Assembly: GCA_963760795.1 (NCBI GenBank)
Contig: CAVXEP010000025.1
Location: forward strand, 125,404-189,403
Direction of reading: 5' to 3'
Length of the DNA stretch: 64,000 nt
From: an uncultured delta proteobacterium
GTDB lineage: Bacteria; Desulfobacterota; Binatia; UBA9968
The position numbers and the translations under genes were made by a program. Under the pieces are notes generated by a model that was given only the letters and a program-made list of their open reading frames with translations, made no database searches and was not told the DNA's origin. Positions 24,007-34,711 of the stretch are shown one piece after another (the stretch's first letter is position 1; each line of letters starts with the position of its first letter).

Positions 24007-24043
24007 AAAGGGGTAATCGACGACTGTCGATTACCCCTTTTTT
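24007..24043 (+). terminator. Rho-independent terminator
   Basis: GGGGTAATCGAC-GACT-GTCGATTACCCC 12-bp stem followed by T6. Confidence 0.85.
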
Positions 24044-24185
24044 GCGTCCAACGCGATCATCGCGATAAATTTCGCTTCACCGCCCGCTCCCTGGCCTAGC
24101 TTGATTTATCCTCTGCCAATACGATAAAATTTTCCCGCGTGAGTGAGGTAAACCCAGGTTTGAGGTGTTGAAAGGAGGAGTGGAG

Positions 24186-24368
24186 ATGGATCTGCCGAAA
24201 TGTCAGAAATGCAATAATGGGGTGTTAATACCGCTGTCGGACTACGGGCAAGAGGGCGCCTCAGTGATGTACAAAGCCTGGGCTTGTACCAACCCCGACT
24301 GCGGTTTTTCCTTGCGCGTCGATAAAGGCGAGGTTACCTACGGCAAGAAGATCGAGCACAAACACTAG
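24186..24368 (+). CDS. Small zinc-ribbon protein (60 aa)
   Basis: CQKC...CTNPDC; purine-rich RBS (AGGAGGAG..GGAG). Confidence 0.75.
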   Translation: MDLPKCQKCNNGVLIPLSDYGQEGASVMYKAWACTNPDCGFSLRVDKGEVTYGKKIEHKH

Positions 24369-24459
24369 ATTCGCCTCGTCTAGTTCACCCGTTTTGAAGT
24401 GAGCTAAAGAACTTGTGGGCGTTCGCTGCCCGCAAAACCCCGCGCCAAAGGACACCGTT

Positions 24460-25116
24460 TCAAGCCGGCATGCTCTGATTGAAGCTCTGAATCGCCCGGC
24501 CAAACAGCTCACAACCGCTTTTCAATGCGGCCAGACATTTCTGCTGCGACTCGGCATCGGTGGCGTAGCGTTTGAGAATCTCCGGCGCGATCCATTCATG
24601 GCCTGCTTCTTCGGCGAGCAAAACATCACGGTAGATCGCTGCGGTGGTCGGATCGATGGCGCCAACCCGCTCGATGAACGACTTCGAGGTCCGCGGAAAA
24701 AACTCTTCGTGGCCGAACTGCACGCTGGCGATCAGCTCGCATAACGAACCCAAGCCGGCATGAAAGTCCCACAGCTGCTTTAACTCGGCCAACGGACTGT
24801 TCCATAAGCTATCAGGGTCGCCCTTGAGATCGCTAATGCGCTGGCGCAGGATCGAGGTATGTTTCAATTCGTTGACGACATACTCGGACATCGGCTGTTG
24901 CAGGTCGAGGTCGGGGATCTTGCTCACCCACGGCGCGGTAACTTCGGCAGCTTTCCGCTCCATGACCACGCCGAACTGCAAGCGCCGCAGCACGATCGCC
25001 GGGGTCAATGGCTTCTCCGCGCCGTAGCTTTTGCGCTCGGCATTCATCTTTTCCCAGAAGGCCTCACGAGTAGCGATCAATTGCTGCAAAAACTCATCGG
25101 GCTGTAGCGCTTCCAT
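24460..25116 (-). CDS. Ferritin-like diiron-carboxylate protein
   Basis: E...ELKH...HEE...EAGH pattern (two ExxH); GGAGG RBS. Confidence 0.68.
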   Translation of the reverse strand: MEALQPDEFLQQLIATREAFWEKMNAERKSYGAEKPLTPAIVLRRLQFGVVMERKAAEVTAPWVSKIPDLDLQQPMSEYVVNELKHTSILRQRISDLKGDPDSLWNSPLAELKQLWDFHAGLGSLCELIASVQFGHEEFFPRTSKSFIERVGAIDPTTAAIYRDVLLAEEAGHEWIAPEILKRYATDAESQQKCLAALKSGCELFGRAIQSFNQSMPA

Positions 25117-25242
25117 AATTCCTCCGTCGGTGGACGTTGCAGTGATTGACTCCGCCAATCATTTAGGTTTTAACAATACAAGAAATCAGGCCCTAGTGAA
25201 AGCTGCTCGATCTAGCCTAACCGCCCAAAATTTAAGACTTTA

Positions 25243-25986
25243 ATGGACTCCGGCCAAGCCAAAATCTACGTCGACGATCTTTACGATCAAGTGCATCGCC
25301 ACTGGCAAAAGCGGATTCACAACGGCGAGTTCATGACGCGCCTGCGTGACGGCACGCTGCCGCTGCCCTGTCTGCGGCGCTTTTTCAAAGACTGGGGGCT
25401 GTTTTCCATCGAGGTGGTCGCCCTCAACGCGGTGTCGTACTACGTTCATCTGCCCTTCTTCGTGGAAAATTTCGATTTGCTGGCACCGCTTTGCGACAAG
25501 GTCGCCGAAGAACTGATCTCACCCAAGCCGCCCGGCCATATCTTGATCCTGCTGGAAACCGCCAACGCATTGGGCTTAAGCAAAGAAGAACTGTTCGAGC
25601 AACCGGCATCGGCGCCGGGGCGCGCCATCAGCGATTACTGCCGGCGGATATTTCAAGATGGCTCGATCATCGAGCTGTGGGGCGCCCATGTATACGAAGA
25701 GACCCTCGGCCACTGGTCGCAGCAATGGAGCCAAGCGCTGGTCGGTCATTACGGCATGAGCAAACGCCAAGCAATTTATTTCAACGCCCACGCCGAAGCC
25801 GACTTGGTCCAGCACGACGATCACATGGGCCACGGGCCGCTAAATCGCATGATCCTCCAGCGCATATTGGAGCAGGGCAAGACCGCCAAAAAATTAGGCT
25901 ACGATCCCAAATACTGCGCCTTCACCATGGTCGATCTTCATGCGCTGATGGAACAGCACGCCTTGGACAATCCCTACCCGGCGTAA
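25243..25986 (+). CDS. Heme-oxygenase-like (PqqC/TenA/CADD) iron-containing redox enzyme
   Basis: AEEL..PGH, YEE, YFNAHAEAD..H ligand pattern. Confidence 0.72.
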   Translation: MDSGQAKIYVDDLYDQVHRHWQKRIHNGEFMTRLRDGTLPLPCLRRFFKDWGLFSIEVVALNAVSYYVHLPFFVENFDLLAPLCDKVAEELISPKPPGHILILLETANALGLSKEELFEQPASAPGRAISDYCRRIFQDGSIIELWGAHVYEETLGHWSQQWSQALVGHYGMSKRQAIYFNAHAEADLVQHDDHMGHGPLNRMILQRILEQGKTAKKLGYDPKYCAFTMVDLHALMEQHALDNPYPA

Positions 25987-26059
25987 GCGTCAATCCCTGG
26001 CGCAGTGGCAATTTCGCTCTGCGTTATTTGTTTCAGCTATGATCGGACCAGGTGCCTTG

Positions 26060-26995
26060 ATGCGCTCGCGAATTTTTTTCTCACTCTGTCTCCTCGTGAC
26101 CATTTCAATCGCGGCAAACGCCCCGGCGCAGTTGCCCGGCAAATGGACCACCCGCGCGCCTATGCCCTCGGCGCGCACCGAGGTTGCGGCGGTGGAAATC
26201 AGTGGCAAGATTTACGTCATTGGGGGTTACGATAAAGGCAGCCATCTGGTCGAGGAATACGACCCGGCAACCGATAACTGGCGCGGCCGCGCTGCTCTGC
26301 CAAAACCGCTGCATCATATCGGCGCCGCCGCCCTCAACGGCAAGATCTATGTTATCGGCGGCTATATTTCCGGCACCGGTTCGGTGGATACCGTCTATGA
26401 ATACAACCCGGCCAAAGATCAGTGGACGACCAAGAAGCCGCTGCCAACGCCGCGTGGCGCGCTCGCCGTCGGCATTATCTCGGGGAAAATCTACGCCGTC
26501 GGCGGGGTCGCTAAGAACGGCCGCAACACACCCGCCAACGAGTCCTACGATCCGCTCCAAGACCGTTGGACCAAACACGCACCGATGATCACACAGAGAG
26601 ACCACCACGCCATCGGCGTCGTCGACGGCAAACTCCACGCCATCGCCGGCCGCATCGCCGGCAATCATGATCGAAGCGTCGGTGATAACGAGGAATACGA
26701 CCCAGTGAGTAACCGCTGGCGCGCCAGAGCGCCGATCCCATCCGTGCGTAGCGGCATTGCCGCAGCAACCCTCGGCGGAAAAATTTTCGTCTTCGGCGGC
26801 GAAAACGACCGCCGCAACCGCGCCAACGTGGAGTCCTACGATCCGGTAAATAATCAGTGGCAAAGCTGGACGCCCATGCCCACCGCCCGTCACGGCTACG
26901 GCGTCGCCGTCATCGGCAACTCTATCTACGTCATCTCTGGCGGCCCGCAACCGGGAGCAACGTTTTCGTCAGCGAATGAAGCGTTCACCCCGTAA
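26060..26995 (+). CDS. Secreted Kelch-repeat beta-propeller protein
   Basis: Signal peptide; six repeats of GKIYVIGG...YDP..W...MP..R. Confidence 0.9.
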   Translation: MRSRIFFSLCLLVTISIAANAPAQLPGKWTTRAPMPSARTEVAAVEISGKIYVIGGYDKGSHLVEEYDPATDNWRGRAALPKPLHHIGAAALNGKIYVIGGYISGTGSVDTVYEYNPAKDQWTTKKPLPTPRGALAVGIISGKIYAVGGVAKNGRNTPANESYDPLQDRWTKHAPMITQRDHHAIGVVDGKLHAIAGRIAGNHDRSVGDNEEYDPVSNRWRARAPIPSVRSGIAAATLGGKIFVFGGENDRRNRANVESYDPVNNQWQSWTPMPTARHGYGVAVIGNSIYVISGGPQPGATFSSANEAFTP

Positions 26996-27947
26996 AGAAT
27001 TGACAAATACTATCTGACAACCAGTCAAGGCTGCCGGGAAAACTGCCCGACACAAACCCCACGTGTCCACCACAGTTAGGAAAGTCCAAAGTTACTGAAT
27101 CGGAAACCTCATCGTCACGCGGCAGCGCCGACGCCGGCAGGAACGGATCGTTTTGCGCGTTGATCATCAGCGTCCGGACGCGAATATTTTTTAGCCAGGG
27201 CTTGCTGCTCGCTCTGGCCCAGTAATCGTCGGCGTCTTTGAAGCCGTGGATCGGCGCGGTGTAGATATCGTCGAACTGGCGGAAGGTCGAGCAAGCGTGC
27301 ATCGCCGCAGGATCGATGTCGAGCCCGTGGTGAGAAATCTTCGCCAGCACTTTCCCCTTCAGGGAGCGGAGAAAACGTCGCGTGTAGATCGCTCGCCGGT
27401 AGCCAAAATCCAACAGCGCCGCCGCGGCATGCAAATCCACCGGCGCCGACACCGCCACCGCGCCTTTGACGATGGCGGCAGCCGCATCGGCCTGTTCACC
27501 CAACCATTTGAGCAGCATATTGCCGCCAAGCGATACGCCGACGACATAGATTTCGCAGTCGGGATTTTCGCGCTTGAGCCGGCGCAAGATCCAGTCGATC
27601 TCGGCGCCATCGCCGGAGTGATAGGCGCGCGGCAGCTTATTAATCTCGCCGCCGCATCCGCGAAAGTGCGGCACGACGCCGCGCCAACTCATATGCTGTG
27701 CGCTGCCCATCAAACTCAGCGCGTAGTGGCTGCGCGAACCGCCTTCGAGGCCGTGAAACAACACGAGCAACTTATTCGCTGCAGCAGCGCCCGGCGTCCA
27801 ATCGAGGTCGATGAAGTCGCCGTCCGGCGTCACCCATCGTTCGCGCCGATACTGCACCCGCCATCGCCGCGCGAGCTTGCGCGCGTAAATAGTCTGCAAG
27901 TTCCCACCCGGCAGCCACCACGGCGGCGCATATGTGGAATGGATCAA
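26985..27947 (-). CDS. YheT-family alpha/beta hydrolase
   Basis: GNLQTI, DGDFIDLDW, HGLEG, GVSLGG nucleophile, GGHVGF. Confidence 0.88.
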   Translation of the reverse strand: MIHSTYAPPWWLPGGNLQTIYARKLARRWRVQYRRERWVTPDGDFIDLDWTPGAAAANKLLVLFHGLEGGSRSHYALSLMGSAQHMSWRGVVPHFRGCGGEINKLPRAYHSGDGAEIDWILRRLKRENPDCEIYVVGVSLGGNMLLKWLGEQADAAAAIVKGAVAVSAPVDLHAAAALLDFGYRRAIYTRRFLRSLKGKVLAKISHHGLDIDPAAMHACSTFRQFDDIYTAPIHGFKDADDYWARASSKPWLKNIRVRTLMINAQNDPFLPASALPRDDEVSDSVTLDFPNCGGHVGFVSGSFPGSLDWLSDSICQFFTG

Positions 27948-27993
27948 ACTATCCCGCTTTCTGCTCCGCGCTTCCGATGTCTATCCGGACGAT

Positions 27994-28028
27994 TTGAACG
28001 TTTTGAACGACTTGAACGTTTGGAACGA
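27994..28028. repeat. Tandem 9-mer repeat (TTGAACG core x4)
   Basis: tttgaacgt tttgaacga cttgaacgt ttggaacga; a shorter copy occurs near 34275-34290. Confidence 0.6.
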
Positions 28029-28029
28029 G

Positions 28030-30960
28030 CTATTTCTTCCCTCGCTCCGGCGGCACGAAGCCATGGCGCAAAGTATTTTCCGAGATCGTCCGCGGTTCGA
28101 GAAACTGCAAGAGATAATCCGGGCCGCCGGCTTTGGAGCCGATGCCCGAGAGTTTCAAGCCGCCGAAGGGTTGCCGTTCAACCACCGCGCCGGTGATGCC
28201 GCGGTTGATGTATAGATTGCCGACGCGAAACTCTTTGCGCGCCTGCTCGATATGCGCCGGCGAGCGCGAAAAGATACCGCCGGTCAGAGCAAATTGCGAG
28301 TCGTTGGCGATGGCCAACGCCTGGGCGAAATCTTTCGCCTGGATGACCGCCAACACCGGGCCGAAAATTTCTTCCTGGGCGATGCGGCTGCGCGGATCGA
28401 CATCACGAAAGATCGCCGGACCGACGAAGTAGCCGTCCTGGGGCGCGGCCATTTCGAGTACGCACTTCGCTTCTTGCTTGCCGATCTCGATGTATTCGGC
28501 GATGCGCCGTTGCGCCGCGCCATCGATCACCGGTCCAATCGAATTGCGCGGATCTTCGGACGCACCGATCTTGAGACTCTGCACCGCGTCCACTAGCCGC
28601 GCCAAAAAGCGCTCGTGTATTTCTTCTAGTAGAATCAGCCGCGACGCGGCGGAGCATTTTTGCCCCTGATATCCGAAAGCGGAATCGATAACATGTCCCA
28701 CGGCTTCGTCCAGGTCGGCGTCACTATCGACAATGACGGCGTTCTTGCCGCCCATCTCACAGACGACACGCTTCACATGGGCTTGCCCCGGCCGCTGCGT
28801 GTAAGCTTCGCGAAGAATTTCCAAACCGACTTCGCGCGAGCCGGTGAAAGCGATCAAGTGAATCCTCGCCGAGCGGACTAAATGCGCGCCGATCTCGCCG
28901 CCGCCCTGGAGCAACTGGCAAGCGCCATCGGGCACGCCGGCGTTGAACAGAATATCGGACAGCTGCACCGCCATCAGCGGCGACTGTTCGGCGGGCTTCA
29001 TCAGCACGCAGTTTCCGCTGACCAGTGCCGCCGCAGTCATACCGGCGAGAATCGCCAGAGGAAAATTCCACGGCGCGATCACCGCGGCGATGCCGCGTGG
29101 CTCGTAGAAATATGTGTTGGTTTCGCTGGGCAGCTGCTGGGTCTCGCGCGGTTGGGCGAGACGCAACATCTCGTAAGCGTAATAATCGAGATAATCGATC
29201 GCTTCGCAGACATCGGCGTCGGCCTCCCGCTAGCCCTTGCCGACTTCGATAATCTCCCATGCGGCGAGCTCCCAACGCTGCTCGCGCATGAGCTCCGCCG
29301 CGCGAAAAAGCATCTCGGCGCGCTCGCGCGCCGGCGTATCGCGCCACTGAGGGAAAAAGCGCTCGGCTTTATCGATCGCCTTGTCCGCTTCCGCGATCGT
29401 GGTTTTGCGCACCCAGCGAATGATTTCGTTGGCATTGGCGGGATTCACCGACTTAAGCCAAATCTCCTCGTCGCGCTCGCGCGGTTTTCTCATTTCGCCG
29501 CGCACTTCGCCGAGCGCGGCGGCAAAGCGCTCGCGATTCTCCGCGGACGAAAAATCTATCGGCGCTTGGTTACGAAACTCCCTCCGAGGCGCGGATGGCG
29601 CGAAGATCTGGGGCACCGGCTTTGCCGGCACCGGCGCTTTGATCAGACTTTCAACAGCTTTTTTCTCGGCGTAGGTTTGACGCAAAAAAGAAGTGTTCGA
29701 GGTGTTCTCCATCAAGCGCCGAATCAGATAAGAAATGCCCGGCAGCAACTCGCCCACCGGCAGATAGACGCGCACGCGCTGGCCATTCTGCACGATCGCC
29801 TGGCGCACCGGCTCGGCCATGCCGTAGAGCATCTGCATCTCGTAACCGTTGGCCGGCACGCCGATCTCTTTCGCCGCGACGATGGCGTGGGCCAGGCTGC
29901 GCAGATTGTGACTGCCGAAGGCGGCGTCGATGACGTCATGGCCTTCGAGCAGCAGGCGGCTCAGATGCTCGTAATTCGCGTCGGTCTCCGCCTTGTCCAA
30001 AAACACCGGGATCGGCCAGTTCTTTTGCTTCGCCCAAGCGATCTCGCTGTCCCAATAAGCGCCTTTGACCAAGCGCACGCCGACCCGGCGCTGCTGGCGC
30101 CGCGCCCAGCGAATCAGTGCACTGACATCCTCTGCCGCATCTTTAAGATAAGCCTGCAACGCGATCGCCGCGTAGGGCTGCTGATGGAATTCGTCTTCTT
30201 CCAAGACGCCGCGAAATATCTCCAGGGTCAATTCGCGGAAACCGTTCTGCTCCATGTCGACGGTCACCGCCGCGCCCAGCGCCGACGCTTGGCGAAATAA
30301 CTCGCGCAGCCGTTGGCGGACGATGGCGTCGGTATTCGGATCGAGCGGGTCGAAGCGCGCGCATAAGGATGAAAGCTTTACCGAAAGATTGACCTGGGGG
30401 ATTTTGCCGTTCGGCGATTGATCGATCTGCGCGCACTCGGACCACTTGGCGCTCGCCGCCACGAGCCGGCGCATGAGCTCGAGATAGCGCTTTTGCATCG
30501 CCGCCGCTTCGCCGTCGCTCACCGTCGCCTCGCCGACGACATCGATGGTAAACGCGGCGGGCTCCTTGCGCAGACTCGACAGCACCGAGGTCAAATGATT
30601 GCCGCTTTCCTCGGCGATGAAGCGGCGCGCGAGCTGGATGACGTTGCGCCGGACGATGGGCGCAACGAGAGTACCGGCATGAAGCGCCTGGGCGAGAATC
30701 GCCAAGCCGCTCAGCGCATGGTCGACCCGGGAAAAATATTCTTCGAGATGACGGCCGATCTCCGACGACGATTCGAGGCTCGGCAACACGTCGACAAAAC
30801 GGAATAGCGCCACCCGCAGGGACTCATCGTCCAACGACCAGTCGATCATCCGGCCGAGCAAGTCCTGGGCGTCGAACAACGACGGTTTATGCTGCGCCGC
30901 TCGTTGATAAAGCGCGCGTGCCAGTTTCTGGGTCTCTTGTTCGGTGCTCACGTTAGCCAT
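28030..30960 (-). CDS. putA: Bifunctional proline dehydrogenase / P5C dehydrogenase, interrupted by an in-frame TAG at 29230-29232
   Basis: LFRFVDVLP, VDME, RLVKGAYWD, RRLMENTSN; GKG*READADV; PWNFP, EMGGKN, GQKCSA, EEIFGP. Confidence 0.92.
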
Positions 30961-31052
30961 ATTCGGTGCGTTCAAATGTATCACAAAGCGATCTTGAACC
31001 GACATGAAAAGCGTTGTCACAGCAGCGCGACCCTGTTACGCTGGGCGCACCG

Positions 31053-32739
31053 ATGACAACTGATTCAATCACCGGCGCTGAAGCCGCGGTGGACAATGCT
31101 CAAGCTGCACGGCGTCGAATTTATTTTCGGCCTGTGCGGCGACACCAGCTTGCCGTTCTACGACGCCTTGGCGCGCCTGCCCCACGGCATGCGCCATATT
31201 CTCGCCCGCGACGAGCGCTCCGCCGCTTACATGGCCGACGGCTACGCGCGCGTGTCCGGCAAAGTCGGCGTGTGCGAAGGACCGAGCGGCGGCGGCGTCA
31301 CTTATATCTTGCCCGGCTTGGCGGAAGCCAACGAATCTTCCGTGCCGCTCTTGTGCATCAATAGCGACATCTCGGTGGGCGCGCGCGGTCATTACACGCT
31401 GACCGAACTGGATCAGGGCGCGCTCATGCGGCCGGTGACCAAATGGAACACCGTGGTCGATGGCGCCGAAGATCTGCCCCAAGCATTTCGCCAAGCATTC
31501 AAGCAAATCACTACGGCGCGGCCCGGCGCGGCCCATATCGCTCTGCCCTTCGACGTACAAAATGGCTTAGTGGCGCGTTCGGAAGTTTACGGCGATGCGA
31601 GCTTCGGCAGTTGTCCGGCGCAACGGATCGCGCCCGCGGCGAACTCGGTAGAAGCCGCCGCGCGGTTGCTAACTCAAGCGCGCAATCCGGTGTTTATCTG
31701 CGGCGGCGGAGTCGTGATCTCGCAAGCCGAGCCCGAGCTTGTCGAACTCGCCGAGCGGCTCTCGGCGCCGGTGGCGACGACCATCAGCGGCAAATGCTCG
31801 ATTGACGAACAACATCCGCTCGCCGTCGGCGTGGTCGGCTCCAACGGCGGCACGCCTGAAACACGCGCGATCGTCGATCAAGCCGATCTGATCATTTTCA
31901 TCGGCTGCCGCGCCGGCTCGGTGACCACCGAACGTTGGCGCCATCCAACCAAGGGAAGCACCAAAGTCATTCATCTCGATGTCGATGTCGCGGTTCCCGG
32001 CACCAATTATCCGACAGACGCGACGCTGGTCGGCGATGCCAAGCTCGGGCTAAAAATGTTGAATGATGCGCTGGCGGCCACCCGCCGGCCGCTTGATGCC
32101 GCGCGAGTGGAGGCAGCGAAAGAACAAAAGTTCGCAAAATTTCAGGCGCTCGCGGAATCGAACGACTCGCCGGTCAAACCGGAGCGCGTGGTCGCCGAAC
32201 TGACGCGCGCACTCGAACCGGACGCCATCGTCGTCGCCGATGCCGGCACGCCTTGTCCGTATTTCTCCGCCTACTTTCCGGTCCGCGGCAACGGCAGAAA
32301 ATTCATTTCCAACCGAGCCCACGGCGCTCTCGGCTATTCGATGGCGGCCGCCATGGGCGCGCACTTCGCGCAGCCGAAAGTGAAATGCGTTTCGGTCATG
32401 GGTGACGGCAGCTTCGGCTTTACCTGCGGCGAGCTGGAGACCGCCGCGCGCTACCGGCTGCCGGTGACATTTATTGTAATTGCCAACGCAAGCTACGGCT
32501 GGATCAAGGCGGGACAACGCTCGGGTTACGGCCAACGTTACTTCGCGGTCGACTTCGCCGTCACCGATCACGCCGCCGTCGCCGCCGCCTTCGGCGTCAA
32601 AAGCTGGCGCGTCACCGAACCGAGTGAATTGGCGAAAGCACTGAAAGAAGCGTTAGCACACGACGGACCGAGTCTCGTAGATATTGTCTGCCAGCCGCTG
32701 CACGAAGCCAATGCGCCGGTGTCGGAGTGGATCGCGTGA
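31053..32739 (+). CDS. Thiamine-diphosphate enzyme, acetolactate synthase large-subunit-like (frameshift near 31092)
   Basis: TGAEA..; ARDERSAAYMADGYAR; GDGSFG...N TPP motif. Confidence 0.88.
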
Positions 32740-32745
32740 GGAGAT

Positions 32746-32834
32746 GGCGTGAGGCGAAAGGCTTGAGGCGCGAGTGAAGATTGGCAATTTACCGCGACTC
32801 TACTCCTTCGACCTCGCGCTCACGTCTCACGCCT
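32746..32834. repeat. Inverted pair of 7-nt periodic repeats
   Basis: Left GGCGTGAGGCGAAAGGCTTGAGGCG; right CCTCGCGCTCACGTCTCACGCC; between convergent genes. Confidence 0.55.
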
Positions 32835-32839
32835 AACTC

Positions 32840-33307
32840 TTAATTCTTCAGCCGCACTCTCGTTCCCAGATTCGCGCAGTCCTCATCGGTCATCAGACCA
32901 GCAGCGCGAATGCCGTGGGCGGCGAGTTCTTCGTCGCGCTCCTGGGTGTCGCCGGTGACGCCGACGGCACCGATGACATCTCCCGCTTGATCGCGGATCA
33001 ACATGCCGCCGCCCTCGGCAAAAATCTGATCGTCCGAGGCGCGCATGAGATACTGCATGAACAGCGGCCGCTCTTCGGTGCGCATGCGCACCAGCGATGA
33101 CGAGCGCCCAAGCGCCAGCGCCGCGTACGCTTTGCCGTAGGCCATCTCGAAACGCATCATCGCCGAGTCGTCTTCTTTCTGAAAGGCTTTGACCTTGGCG
33201 CCGGGCTCGACGACGATCACGCTCATCGGCCGGCAAGCTAGCTCACGGCCGCGCGCGAGGATCGCTTCGATAATGCGATTGGCTTGCGCCAACGTGATCA
33301 TGCTCAT
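32840..33307 (-). CDS. GlcG/HbpS family heme-binding protein
   Basis: ITLAQA, AYGKAY, GGGMLI, IGAVGVTG..DEELA. Confidence 0.88.
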   Translation of the reverse strand: MSMITLAQANRIIEAILARGRELACRPMSVIVVEPGAKVKAFQKEDDSAMMRFEMAYGKAYAALALGRSSSLVRMRTEERPLFMQYLMRASDDQIFAEGGGMLIRDQAGDVIGAVGVTGDTQERDEELAAHGIRAAGLMTDEDCANLGTRVRLKN

Positions 33308-33348
33308 AGGACCTCCTCTGCGATCTTGGTGCAGTTGTCAGCGAAATC

Positions 33349-33371
33349 GTCGGGGCGACCGGCGGTCGCCC
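33349..33371 (+). repeat. GTAG-type REP-like palindrome
   Basis: GTCG-GGGCGACC-GGC-GGTCGCCC. Confidence 0.55.
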
Positions 33372-33401
33372 TTCCCCGATTAAGCGGCAAGAATTAACGA
33401 C

Positions 33402-34256
33402 TCAGCGAAACAGCACCGCCGCCAGCTCCGAACGATACTGGTCGGTCAATGGATCGTCCGAGCCCAGCACTTCGAAGATTTGGATCATCGCCTTGCGCGC
33501 GCCGTCGTCTTTGAACTTGCGGTCGGCCTTGACGACTTGGAGAAACTCGCTGAGCGCTTCGTCGTATTTCTCGACGCCGGCCAGCGTCTGTGCGAGATCG
33601 AAACGCGCCTCGATATTGTTCGGATCCGCGGCGATTTTTTCCCTAAGAACCGCCTCGTTTTGCGCGCCGCCCGCCTGAAGATTGAGACGAGCGATCATGC
33701 GCTCGGCTTCTTTGCGCTCGTCGGCGACGAGCGAAATCCTGTCGAGATATTCCCGCGCCGCGGCGTTATCGCCGCCGGTCATGGCCATGCGAGCCATGCC
33801 CAACAGCGCCTGGCCATGATTGGCATCGGCGGCCAAGATCGCTTCATAGGCGGATTTGGCTTCGGCCATTTGTCCCTCGGCTTCAAGGGCCATGGCCGCT
33901 TGCGCTTGCTGATCGCCGGCTGTGGGCAAAAACTTGGTGAGAAACTCGCGCAGCATCGGCTCGGGCAAGGCACCGGTGAACTCCGAGGCCAGATCGCCGT
34001 CGCGAAATAGTTTCACCGCGGGAATGCCCTGGATGTTGAACATGCCCGCCAGGTTGGGGTTTTCGTCGACATTGAGTTTAGCCAGAACAAAGCCGCCGGC
34101 GTATTCGTCGGCCAACTTTTCTAATACCGGCCCCAGGGTTTTGCACGGGCCGCACCACTCGGCCCAGAAGTCGACCAACACCGGCACTTCGCTCGAGCGC
34201 TCCAGCACCGCCGCCTCAAAATTTTCCTCGTTAACGTCGATGGTCCACTGGTTCAT
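33402..34256 (-). CDS. cnoX: Thioredoxin-TPR chaperedoxin (CnoX/YbbN family)
   Basis: DFWAEWCGPCK, then TPR region and ARKAMIQIFEVLG. Confidence 0.88.
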   Translation of the reverse strand: MNQWTIDVNEENFEAAVLERSSEVPVLVDFWAEWCGPCKTLGPVLEKLADEYAGGFVLAKLNVDENPNLAGMFNIQGIPAVKLFRDGDLASEFTGALPEPMLREFLTKFLPTAGDQQAQAAMALEAEGQMAEAKSAYEAILAADANHGQALLGMARMAMTGGDNAAAREYLDRISLVADERKEAERMIARLNLQAGGAQNEAVLREKIAADPNNIEARFDLAQTLAGVEKYDEALSEFLQVVKADRKFKDDGARKAMIQIFEVLGSDDPLTDQYRSELAAVLFR

Positions 34257-34293
34257 TTTTTTTCACTCGCTTCATTGGAACGTTTGGAACAAA

Positions 34294-34539
34294 CTATTTG
34301 GCGATAATCGCCTTGGCGAAGTTGCGCACCTTGGCCGCAGCCGGGCGCATCGCGTAAACCACCGCTTCGGTGATCTCGTCCTCCGACGCGCCGCACTCGC
34401 GGGCTCTTTTCAAATGCAGCGTGGCGCCCTCTTCGTGGCCGATCGAGATACAGACCGCGAAGAAAATCAGCTGCGCGGTTTTCGCATCGAGCGAACCCTC
34501 TTTGTACTTCACGTTGAAAAATTCTTTATCGATGGTCAT
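34294..34539 (-). CDS. Carboxymuconolactone decarboxylase/AhpD-like small protein
   Basis: LDAKTAQLI..AV...HLKRARECGASEDEITEA. Confidence 0.8.
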   Translation of the reverse strand: MTIDKEFFNVKYKEGSLDAKTAQLIFFAVCISIGHEEGATLHLKRARECGASEDEITEAVVYAMRPAAAKVRNFAKAIIAK

Positions 34540-34587
34540 ATTTACTCCTTATGATTTTCTCGCCAAACCGTTGAAACAAACCCAGGT

Positions 34588-34612
34588 GGGCAGGTTTCAA
34601 ACCTGCCCCCAC
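34588..34612 (-). repeat. GTAG-type REP-like palindrome
   Basis: Minus strand GTGG-GGGCAGGTTT-G-AAACCTGCCC. Confidence 0.6.
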
Positions 34613-34651
34613 GAAAGCTCATTTTCATATGAGTTTTTTACGCGACTCAGT

Positions 34652-34674
34652 TCCTTCGCATGCGCTCAGGACAG
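34652..34674 (-). repeat. Dispersed short repeat (TGTCCTGAGCG..GAAGGA type)
   Basis: Minus CTGTCCTGAGCGCATGCGAAGGA; second copy TGTCCTGAGCGAATGCGCAGGA at 61496-61517. Confidence 0.6.
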
Positions 34675-34711
34675 CTTTGCGGCTAATTTCTTCGCTTAAT
34701 TTCCGCACGCC

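Noticed and set aside
28882-30300. Long antisense ORFs (also 17411-18511, 48424-49806, 48690-50036)
   Set aside because: Shadow frames of well-supported genes in GC-rich DNA, with no motifs
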